In this document: positions 25,158-37,000 of the stretch, piece by piece | How the letters are laid out: every line of letters begins with the position of its first letter | Numbering within the stretch: the first letter of the stretch is position 1 | Assembly: GCF_024521635.1 (NCBI RefSeq) | Contig: NW_026250409.1 | Location: forward strand, 744,001 to 808,000 | Reading direction: 5' to 3' | DNA: 64,000 nucleotides | From: Tricharina praecox | Lineage: Eukaryota | Position numbers and translations under genes: made by a program | Notes under the pieces: generated by a model | Seen by the model: the letters and a program-made list of their open reading frames with translations, nothing else | Database searches by the model: none | Told to the model about the DNA's origin: nothing

Positions 25158-27093
25158 TAGAGAGGACAGACTTGGGAAGAGGAGAAGGACCCGAGAAAGT
25201 AGTAGAGTAGAGGCGGTGGTGTAGTTCTGTCGTGTCGTCGCATCGCCGTGTTGCTGTGTTGCTGTGTTGCTGTGTTGCTCTGTCGCCGCGTCGCTGTGTT
25301 TGTCTATCCATGTGACTAGTTCTCCTGAATGGTGCTGTGCGCGCCCTCTTACCAACCGTTTCAACTTTCACCTTGGCTGGAAGTAGTATAGTGCAGCGTG
25401 GCGTAGAGAGGCTGTCGAGTGTGAGATACGGAGAAAGTGGTGTTGCCGAACAGATATTTGAGATGTCTAGGCGCCAAGTCTTTACGCACTAGTGGATCGT
25501 ATTTCTGAGCTTTCGTCGGTTCAGATACGTCCGCACCGAACAGGCTCCTAGTCTGCTCGTGGAAAGTTGTGAAAATCACGTGAATTTGCGCTTCTGAGTG
25601 GAAAGTGTGCCTTAAACCATCATCGCACACAACAAACCCAGAACAAGGAAGCGCCGCTTTCACCGATGCCAAGCTCGATGCCATCGTCTTCTAGAAACAT
25701 CGTCCCAATATCGCTTGGCGCGGGTCAATTGTCTGTCCGGGGACTGCGCAACCATGGCTAGGGCTCAGCGAGATTCGTGATGTCCTCAGGAATCCAGAGC
25801 CAAATCTCGTAGCTCCAAGGAAATCGATATCGTCACAAACAATCTACCGGCCGACTGGCGACAGAAGCGGCCGATCTACGATACGTAGGGGCTGAATCGG
25901 ATCTCCGAACATGCTGTGTATCTGCATCACTGCAGTTACAAGTTACAATGTTCTGCTATATACCTCCTCTGCCCACGAATGGGATTCCAACGACACCAGC
26001 AACCACAACGAGAACAAAGAAATCTCAGTTCCGGATAATGGAGTGGTACTCGCTGCAGGGACCCGATGGTTAGGTTGAGAAAAAGGACGAAAGAGATGCA
26101 TTGGCCAGCGCGGGATACATACAGTTTGAAAGAAGGAAAAGAAGTGTCTAGGCGGAGGGCGGGGGGACGGGGGATGGGGTTGCTGCACCGGGTCAGTTGC
26201 CTGGAGTGTTGCCAGGGGCGGAGAAAGCGCACCTACGCCGTCATAGGCTGGATGGGCTGATGCGGTTACCTTTGCTCAGACAAAGATGTGGAAGACATGC
26301 AATAGGTAGCTTATAGGCACCTACGCGAAAGGACGCAAGTGGAACCCTTTCACCTGAATTCCGAGTTGACCTTGATGCAGTCGAAGTGTGGAGCAGAGGT
26401 TATTACAGTGTGCGGTAGTTAGTCCAGCAATGTTGATGGTGGAAGTACTATGCATAGAGCAACTGTCGAAGGAGAGCATGAAGAACTTTTATGTATGGAC
26501 CTATGTTCTCGCTGTATCCAAAAGTTGGTGGAACGAGTAGATACACAACCTGTGACGCAAATGGGGTGGAACAGCGCAGGTAACTGCCACGATCCAACAT
26601 GTTGAATGCAATAACGATGATGGGCAACACAAAAAACCTGCGACGCAACCGGTCTGATGTCCTGTTATCGTTATCAGCGGATCAGGAGCTTAACTGCATT
26701 AGCGCAGGAGCCACGCCCAGCCAACCAGCTCCGGGGCTTGCTTCAACGCGAGTTCTTGAACGCCCCCGACGAACCGAAATCTATGTCATAACCTCTCAGA
26801 GGTTGCAACAAAAAAAACCACCTTCTTTCCTACTTGTTCAACCAGTAATCTCTTGACCATTAATCTCCTTTCACATCCTTCAAAACATAATATCTTCTAC
26901 TGTCTTCGGACTCTTTAACGTCTTCACTCCCTTGATCGACCTCGTGTTCTCGTTCAGCTCCGATCTCGATACACCCCGATTGCGTCACTCGAAACACACT
27001 TCGGTTCCGATTGGCACTCAACGTAACGCTGGATTTGCGCCTCGGAGGGATCCATAAACTAAGCAGAGGAGGTCCTCAAGGGACTGCTTCGGC

Positions 27094-30000
27094 ATGGGGT
27101 TTCTGCGGTGCGAGCGGCCGCTTTGGAGGAGAGATGATTTCACGCCATGTGTAAACGAGTAAGACATTTAATGCCGTTGCCGCTGCCGTTTTTCTTGTGA
27201 AACCGGTTCACTGATCGACCGACTGGTGTCCTCCAGTTTTCTTCAAGTACTACTTCCTGCGGTTGCGGCCGGAGTTTCGGTGGCGGTAATACTGTACTGG
27301 ACCATCCGACAGACGCTGAAAGCACGGCGCGAACGCGGATATGAGCGACTACCTACGTATAACGGCAACACCACTAACGGTGCTCTTGGAGCGCTTGATG
27401 ATGCGGAGACTGACGACGATGATGATGAATTCGCTGAACACTTGAGCCTGCGACATACTATCAGCCGTACTCCTATGGATCACCACCACTACATCCAAGT
27501 CGACAAGCCGCGCGCCGAACTTGTCGCGGTGATCTTTGAGCTGGTGTGCATTGTCGGGATCATTGGTGCGCATATGGTTGGATTCACCGATGCTCCGGAT
27601 AGTAACTGGATGACACTTGTGCCTGCGGTCGCCTGGGTTTACACCCTCATTCTCGTGGTGATTCGCCTCGTCTACTCCTCGGCCGATACCGACGTTTCCG
27701 ACCTCTGGGACCACACCGCGTGGTTGTACCTGTTCAATTTCCTGTTCCTCATCATACCGTTCCGCTCGCAGCTTCTGCATGGCGAACCTGGCCTACCGGA
27801 GGTGCTCATGGTTGTGCGATTCTCACTCGCGTCCATCTTGTGCATTATTGCGGTGTCGGTGAGGAAAGGCGGTAGCGCCGTGGTTCAAGATGTTACAGAA
27901 GGCCTTGAGCCTTCCCGGGAACCTTTGGCATCCCTGTTCTCCCTAGCTTCGTTCAGCTGGGTGGATGGGATTGTCTGGCAAGGATTCTGGAAACCATTGG
28001 TTCTGGAGGATATCTGGAACCTCAGAAATGATGATATCGCCATATCCGTCTTGACATCGTTCCGTCAGACCAAGTACGCCATCTCTCCAAACTCGAAACA
28101 CCAGTTTTTCCGCTGACCTTATTACTCTCTTCCAGGAAAACGGCGTACCTCGGATACACCCTGGTGAAGCATTTCCAGCGCGATCTGATAATCCAGGCCC
28201 TCTGGGCGGCATTTGCATCACTTTTCGTGTTTGCTCCCACGCTGCTGCTGCGGGTGATCCTGGAATATATCGAGGCTCCGGAAGACACACCCAAGAATGT
28301 AGCTTGGCTCTTCGTCGCTCTGCTCTTAGTTACCGCTAGTATCGTAGCTGTTGGCAACGGCCAGGCGCTGTTCATTGGCCGGAGGATCTGTATCCGCCTT
28401 AGAGCTGTCATCATTGGTGAAATCTACTCGAAGGCCCTCAGAAGGAAGGCAGCTGCTGGAGCCGAGAAGGAGCTCGGGGAAACTAAGAAGGAAGGTAAAG
28501 ATGATGAGAAGGATGATGGACAGAGTAATGCCGGTGCCATCATTACTTTGATGTCGGTTGATTCGTTCAAAGTTTCCGAAGTCTGCGCGTATCTTCATTT
28601 CCTGGTGTGTAGCCCTTTTCGTTCCCTTCCCACGATGTCGACACTCATTACTTCTACAGATCGCAGCCGTTCCGGTTCAAGTCATCGTGGCGGTGATATT
28701 ACTGTACCAGATCCTCGGCTGGAGCTCGATCGCAGGTATCAGTGTGATGATTCTTCTTATCCCAATCAACTACGCGATTTCCACCAGGTTCAGCGTGATC
28801 CAGAAGAAGATTATGTCTACCACCGACAAGCGAATCCATGCGACGAACGAGGTGTTGCAAAATATCCGGATCATCAAATTCTTCGCCTGGGAGGAGCGTT
28901 TTGGCCACATGGTCGGCGAATCGAGATCTGCTGAGCTGAAGCAACTTCGGAATCGCTACATCTTGTGGGCCATTGCCGCTACCTCGTGGTATGGTTCGCC
29001 GATGATCATCACTCTGCTCAGTTTCCTGAGTTACACCGTCATCGAAGGCAAGGAGCTGACCGCATCCGTTGCATTCACTTCACTGTCGCTTTTCAACGTC
29101 CTCCGGGTACCGCTGGATCAACTCGCAGACATGGTTACCAATGTGCTTCAGGCGAAGGTATCCGTGGACCGTGTCGAAGAATTCTTACGTGAAGATGAGA
29201 CAGAGAAATATCACCAGCTTAAGCATGTCGGGGACGATCCGGACGCACCAGCCATTGGATTCGTAGATGCATCATTTACCTGGGGCTCCAAGAAACAGGC
29301 TATCGCCAAAGGCACAAGCAGCGGATTCCAACTTCAGGACCTCAATATCGAATTCGTTCCTGGGCAGCTCAATCTTGTAGCCGGAGCCACTGGGTCTGGA
29401 AAAACCTCGCTTCTCATGGCACTACTGGGCGAGATGACCCATCTGAAAGGAAGGCAAGTATCCGGCTTCCTAACTCTGTGCATACGTATCTGATTTGTTT
29501 TCAAGTGTGTACCTTCCCGGCCAGCATAGTAGGGAAGACTTGACCCCCGACCCCGAGACCGGCCTCACTCAATCCGTTGCGTACTGCGCACAACAGCCGT
29601 AAGTCAACATGCCACGTGCTCTATGGTGCTGTCCTGACTTGGGTGCAGATGGCTCGTCAATGCTACAATCAAGGACAATATTCTCTTCGCCAGCAAGTTC
29701 GATGAGGAACGTTACAATTTGGTACTCCAGGCCTGTTCCTTGGAACGCGATCTACAGGTACTCGACCATGGCGACGAGACCGAAGTCGGTGAAAAGGGAA
29801 TCTCTCTGTCTGGCGGTCAAAAGCAACGGATTTCCCTCGCCCGTGCCCTGTACTCGTCCGCTGCCCATCTGCTCCTCGACGACTGTCTCAGCGCTGTCGA
29901 TTCTCACACGGCAAAATGGATCTACGAACATTGCATTACGGGACCTCTCATGCAGGACAGAACTTGCATCTTGGTAACTCACAACGTCACACTTTGCATT

Positions 30001-32331
30001 CCCATGGCAAAGCACGTGGTCGTTCTGGACAACGGACGCGTTCTAGTACAGGGTGATCCTGAAACAGTTGTCGATTCCGGCGCGCTGGGATCCGATGAGC
30101 TTCTCAAATCCAATGCTCGTTCGCGCCCGCAATCCCGCATGCCATCCCGCGTTCCGTCGTTCGACGGTCAAGAAGCGATACTCGCAGCCGCAAATGGTGC
30201 AGTGGTGCAGGACAAGAAACAGAAGGCTTCCACTGAGGAAACCAAATCCGAAGGAAGTGTTGACTGGCACGTTTACGCTCTATATCTCGCTTCAATGGGG
30301 CCCTGGTGGTACTGGGTTATCGTCGTCGCCTCCCTTGTTTTGCAACAACTTGGATCCGTGGCCACAAGCGTTTGGATCCGACAATGGGCATCAAAATACT
30401 CGTCGAGCTCCGTAGCGACGCATGCGGCGAGTATGAGCATGATGTCTACCGGTTACCCCGGAAGCTGCCTTGCCTTAGGCAGCTATCCCTGGATGTCACC
30501 TATGCCTCAAAGCCCGGTTACCGTCAACTCGCAAAATAGCGGGGATGTGGACGTGTGGTTTTATCTCGGGGGTTACGCACTTCTATCTGCCATTTACATA
30601 TTCATGTCGTTCATTAGGGAGATCACAGTCTTTGCTGGCAGTTTGAGGGCGTCCAAGACCATCCATGACACGCTTTTGCGCAACGTGATGCGAGCAAAAG
30701 GCCGGTTCTTTGATTCGACCCCTCTGGGAAGAATCATGAACCGCTTTTCTAAAGATCTCGAAGCAGTCGATCAGGAAGTTGCACCAGTTGCTCTTGTAAG
30801 TTCTCATCACGTCTCGTCTCGTCTCCCCATTTTCTAACATGTCGAACAGGGGATGATCCATTCGCTTGGATCAGTCATTGCGATTGTTGTCTTGATCTCT
30901 GTCATAACCCCGGGCTTCCTCCTAGCTGGAGTTCTCATCTCCATGCTGTATGCGCTGATAGGCGTCTTCTACCTCCGTGCGTCAAGGGACTTGAAACGAA
31001 TCGAATCGATCCAGCGCAGTCCCCTTTACCAGCACTTTGGAGAGACCCTCAGTGGAATTTCGACCATTCGGGCCTACGGCGATGAGCGTAGGTTTGTGAG
31101 GGACAACCTTCTGATGATCGACAAACACAACAGGCCCTTCTTTTACCTCTGGGCATGCAATAGGTGGCTTGGGTTCAGAGTTGATATTGCAGGGGCTCTC
31201 GTCGCTTTCTTTGCCGGAGTTTTTGTGGTCCTCAACGTTAGCAACATTAGTGCAGGTTCGGCCGGTCTCTCTTTGACATACGCGATCACTTTTACGGAAA
31301 ACGTCCTCTGGGTCGTCCGGCTGTACGCCGTGAACGAGCAGAACATGAACAGCGTGGAACGTGTAAGGGAATACCTCGAGGTCGAACAGGAAGCACCGGA
31401 AATCATCGAAGATAACAGACCTCCGACTTCCTGGCCAGATCAAGGCAAAGTGACGTTTAAGAACTACTCCACGAGATACCGACCTGACTTGGACCTCGTG
31501 CTCAAGGACGTTAGCTTCGAGGTCCAGCCCGGAGAGAAGATGGGAATAGTGGGAAGAACTGGAGCAGGCAAGAGCTCGCTCACGTTGGCGCTATTCCGAA
31601 GTTTGGAGGCCGAGGGCGGAAAGATTGAGATCGACGGTATCGATATCTCCACCATCGGACTGCGTGATCTGCGGCAGTCAATCACGATGGTACCACAGGA
31701 TCCTACTCTTTTCACCGGAACCATCCGCTCGAACCTCGACCCGTTTGGTGTGCACACCGATAGCGAAATCTTTGCGGCACTGAAGGGAGTCCAGCTCATC
31801 AGTGAGGAACCCGAACCTGCTGCTCCGGTTGCCGGAGATGATGCCACTGTGAACAAGAATATTTTCTTGGATCTTCAAAGCTCCGTCTCCGAGTCGGGTA
31901 GCAATCTATCCCAAGGCCAAAGGTACTTCTTTCCAATGACGTAGTTGGGAATAATTCGCTAATTTTATTTTAGGCAACTCGTTTGTCTAGCGCGTGCCTT
32001 ATTGAGAGCTCCTAAGGTCCTCATCATGGACGAAGCGACTGCCGCCATCGACTACAAGACGGACTCTAAGATTCAAGAGACACTCCGCCACCTTCAATCC
32101 ACAACGATAACGATCGCCCACAGACTGGGAACCGTGGTTGAAAACGACCGTATCGTCGTGCTCGATCAAGGCCAAGTGAAAGAGTTCGGCAGGCCCTATG
32201 AGCTGCTGCAGAAAGAGGGAGGTCTCTTCTACGACATGTGCCTGTCCAGCGGCGAGATGGAAGTGCTCCAGGAGAAAGCCAAGGAATCTTACGAGGCAAA
32301 GATGAAGCGAGGAGGTATTGAGAGATACTAG
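27094..32331 (+). CDS. ABCC/MRP-family ABC transporter (Ybt1/Bpt1-like vacuolar transporter)
   Basis: N-terminal TM extension; Walker A GATGSGKT and GRTGAGKS; signatures LSGGQKQRISLARA and NLSQGQRQL. First exon MGFLRCERPLWRRDDFTPC from 27094; includes a GC-AG intron at 29454-29505. Confidence 0.92.
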
Positions 32332-34052
32332 GCTTAGAGTAGAGGAGGAAGAGGGGTTTCATCTACCAATATCTCAAGTTTCTCCCTTGACCATTTGTAG
32401 AAATTGCTGGTGGCCCCAGAGGTTTCTGGCGTTTTGTTGATGCTTCTGTTCGTTTTTTTTGTACATTTTTCTGAGGATTTTACGTCAGACTTTCTTTTGA
32501 CATGTTTTTTCTTCTCTCGGTTCGATTGCATTGTTTGTGTGATCGGCAAGATTTCACGGAGAGTGCTTAGGGTAAGAAGCACGTACTGCATAGGTAGTCA
32601 AGATGAGCAGGAATGATGGTATCGATGCAGCATCTCGCACTGTACTTAATCACTTACGCATGATCGGTTTCTCAACATGGTGAATACATATGCCTTGCGG
32701 TCGCAGTGGTGATTGAAAACAATGTGTCACCGAAAGTATTTCTCCAGTGTTCTTCCACGAAGTACGCCGCCGTTTTCAACATCATCGACATGTACCGTAA
32801 ATCTATCCCGCTCTTTCTCCCTTCTTTTTATTATCCCCTCTATAGTAGCCCGTTCCCGGCTGCAATCCACCGGAGAATCCGTACTACCTACTTTCGAACG
32901 TACATCCACAATAAGGGGATTGAAACCCCGTAACATCATCAGAAACCTAGTAATTTGGAGTGGATGTAAAACTATGGAAGACCGAGTGGTTACCTATGAA
33001 TGGGTGTCAGTTGCGTCAGTTTCGCCGTGATTGAGTCAATTTGCTTCCGTTGCAGGGTGCGTAAGCCCCTTGAACTACAGCCATAAGCTTCATACAACGA
33101 AAGCACGCTCGATCTACCTCTTTGCCCATGTAAAAAGAGGTTTTTGAATTCAAATAGGTACCTGAAGTTAGTCACCATTTGCGAAGGTGGGGAGAGGAAG
33201 GGAAGGAGGGGAGGGGAGGAAACTCGACCCCATGGAAACACCACCATGTATGCAAACTGTGGTTTCTTGCCCGACGACTTACTGGAAGGTGATATCATTC
33301 GCCTGGGGCCTGGGTTATGGAGTTATATTTTCAGATGGGCTGGATATCTTGAATTTTGATGGCTGTGCCCGTTCTGCCCAGAAACCCCAAGGCAAATCTT
33401 CATTCCGCAGGGCGCTAAAAACATCCTGCTGCTACGTACACAAAACATTGCTTGCCAATTGATTAAGACGATGCTACATTTAATGCAAAAGATAAGCAAA
33501 TTTCATCAGGGGTGATTACTAAGGCTTTCTATGGAGGAGAGAGAGAGCATCAATTCGTTCTTGCATAGAAACCGCTTGACTAGTCTCTGGAACCTCAAAT
33601 ACAATCTGTCCTACTAGCTCAGTAAAGCTTTGTTGGGGCAGACCCAAAGGCCCTTGGGTGGTTAGGGCATGAGTGATATGATATGAATGTCTGTACGCGG
33701 GTTTGCCCTCACTCTCTCGAATTCAACACTAGTGCTTTTGCAACTCAATGACCTCAGTTTTTTCTCCCTTCCTCTCCTCCTTCTTTCCTCTCTCTCTCTT
33801 CTTCCTTACACCTCAACCACCCAACGAAATTCCTTCGCAATCCCATAAATTTCGTTCCCACATCCACAATCTTAAGTTTTAGATTCAAACCCCCTCCAAG
33901 TCATACAATTCCTAGAGTTCCTAGACATCCTAGAATTCATACAATTTCAAGTAAGCTAACTCCATCTTTTTATTTCTCTACCATGGTAGGTGCGCCGAAT
34001 AAGCGCACCGTACTTGACCCGCGTCTATGGCGCTAACACACACGTTGCTAGG

Positions 34053-37000
34053 ATGACAAGCCAAGTCAACCCACGCGTTAGGTCGCGACCGTCAGCTTCC
34101 GCCTTCTACACTATATTCACCTCCACCCCCACCGGCGCAACCCCCACCTCCGCCGCAACCCATACCTCCGCCGCCGCCTCTCCCACCGCCTCTCTCACTG
34201 CTGGCTCTCCTACCGACGCCTCTCCTACCGACGCCTCTACCACCCCTGACGACGAGGATCCCATCCAGTCTGCCATCATCGACGCTTTCATTAGTGGGAT
34301 CAAACAGGAAACCGAACTTGTGAAGAGCCTAGGAAGTCTCAACTGCGCTGCCGACGTGCACAAGCGGACGAAAGAACGGTCACCGTCTCCCGAGGAAGAT
34401 CCGCGTGTCAAAGTACTTGAAGAATTCGCGAAGAACTGGCGGAAGCAGAAATCCCGTGCTGCATCCCGGTCCAAGGTCGAAAAGACCAACGAGGAGTTTT
34501 TGCGCGACTGGGCCACTGAGAACAAGAGCCTGTGGTACGACGTCGTGCTAATACTGGGGCCGAGGTACGGGCACGGGCAGTTATACGCGTGGAAGAAGGC
34601 GAACCCAGTTCTCGTCAAGCTTCTGCAAAATCACCCGGGCAATTGGCGTCGGCCGGAGCCGCTTTTGGAAGACTCCGACGTCGAGAGGAACATCGCACCA
34701 GTCGTTGGTGGCATTTCAAACACTTTCGCACCTCCCGCACCTCCCGCGACCAGCAAGGAAACCGATTTTCTGAAGGGTCTGGCAAAGCTCAATTGCGCTG
34801 GCAACGAGCACACCCGGGCGGAACGACCACAAGCACTGTCCCCTGAGGCTGTTCCTCCGGGTGTTCAGTCGCTAAGAAAACTTAGTTATCTGTGGCAGAA
34901 GCAGAGATACTATTCTAAACGAAAATCCCCCAACGTCAAGACTGACGAGGAGTTTTTGATCGACTGGGCCACCGAAAACGAGGACCTGTGGCGGCAAATC
35001 AAGCAGATACAGGGGCCGGAGAACGGGCAGGAACAGATATACGCGTGGAAGCGGGCGAACGCCTCGTTTGTGAAGCTTCTGCTAGCAAACCCAGGGAAGT
35101 GGAAAGACGACGAGACGAACAGCAAACCAGTCGTTGGTGGCATCTCAAATACTTTCGCACCTCCCGCACCTCCCGCGACCAGCCAGGCAACTGATCTAGC
35201 GAAGAGTCTGGAAAAGCTTAATTGCGCTGACAAGCACACCCGGGCGGAACAACGAGCACCTACCGTCGCACCTCCAGCTAGCACTTTCGGCAGCACTTTC
35301 GGCAGCACTTTCGGCAGCTGGCGCAGCACTCCCGCATCCACCGTCGCACATCCAGCTACCCTTCCTACTGGTGCTGCTACTCCTCCTGCAACCCCGCCTA
35401 CTTCTTTTGCCGCTCCTGTCACCAGCGCTTTCGGCAGCGCTTTTGGCGGCTGGCGCAGCACTCCCGCATCTACCGTCGCACCTCCAGCTACCCTTCCTCT
35501 TGGTGCTGCTTCTCCTCCTGACACGCCCCCACCTAGTCCTCGTGCCGCTCCTACCACCAGAACTTTCGGCAGCACTTTCGGCAGCTCGGGAAGCACTCCT
35601 ACCAGTCGCACTTTCAGCAACTGGAGAAGCACTAGTACCGCAACTACTACCCCGAGCAACTCTCTTGTCAGCAGCAATAGCTTTACCACCGGTGGTAACA
35701 CAACTACTACCACTAAGACCTTTGTTAATAATTTTGACGACGAGATGACGGACGCAGCGCCTGTTATGGCGACCCAGCCTGTTATGGCGACCCAGCAGTT
35801 TCAGCAGCCTCAGCAGCCTCAGTCGCTGGATGATGACATGGAAGATTACGCGGATGATATGTCGAGTACTTTTGCGGCCCCGACCAGTGCGCAACCCTCA
35901 TCTTTCGGTGTGGCGCCGTTTGCGATGAGAAGTCAGCCCGGGTTTCCAGCGACAACGCAACAGCAACCACCATCACTGTTCAAATCACAGCAGATGCAAT
36001 CGCAACCATCAATGTTCGCGGCTCAGCAATCGCAACAACCGACATCGTTCGTGGCTCAGCCATCGCAACAACCACCATCGCTGTTCAAATCACAGCAGAT
36101 GCAACCGCAGCCATCAATGTTCGCAGCTCAGCAATCGCAACAACCGGCATTGTTCGCATCACAGCAGGTGCAACAGCAGCCAAGTCTGTTCGCTTCTCAA
36201 CATGGGGTACAGCAATCACCATTTTTCGCCGCACCAGCTCCGGCAGCGCCACCACCAACGGCATCGGATTCGTTTGGAGTGTCTACATGGCAGCCTTCTG
36301 CAGCTACGAGCCCGTTCTCCGGAAATGCTTTTAATACGGCGCCCACTGCCCCCATTGCGCCCATTCCCCCTGTCGCGAATGCTCCGACGACAGCTCCTGG
36401 TGCCAATCGATTCGCGAAGAGCGTTCTCCCGGCAGTGCAGTCGAAACCAGCCTCCTTCCCGCCGGGGACGGGTGGTACGGTACCTGTCACGTCTACACCG
36501 AAAGCAATTGATACTACACCGCTTTCCAACGATTCGGGAATTGATGCGGCATCGCGCCAAACCCGTTTCACTGACGCTGGCGATGTTTCGGCGATATACC
36601 ATCAGGAGCGAGATGAGCGTGAAAAGGAGCGAGCACGGCTAATAAAGGCTGGTGTTATTGACGATCCGGAGGTGAAGAAGACTTTGGAGCAAGCCATCAC
36701 GTTTGTCGGAACCTGCACCGAGATGTGTCCGAGATTCGAATGCATACAGAGACAACATCAGCGAATGATCGACCGTCTTGAGCTTTCCAATGGGAAGCCA
36801 GATCACCGGCTGTTTGTCAAGTCCTTTCACCGTCCGGCGGCCGGAATGGAGAATCCTTTACCCCAAGATGTTCGTACTCCCGAGACCTTGGTGACGACTC
36901 TACGGTATCTTGTGCACGACATCTTGGGGAAAAACCCCTGGCAAGAATGTCATGCTTTTGTGAGGGACCGCACTCGGAGTATCAGACAGGACTTCACTTT

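Noticed and set aside
25361..25684. 107-aa minus-strand ORF beside the MITE
   Set aside because: No recognisable motif; possibly decayed sequence, but it cannot be supported.
32700..33460. Short ORFs and one intron-like 3' site on the minus strand
   Set aside because: Could not assemble a consistent gene or recognise homology.
33951..34051. TPP riboswitch in the SAC3 5'UTR intron
   Set aside because: Lacks the conserved CUGAGA and aptamer core, and the host gene is unrelated to thiamine.
33990..34052. GTG start of the 1703-aa ORF
   Set aside because: Lies within an intron-like sequence; ATG 34053 is the more plausible start.
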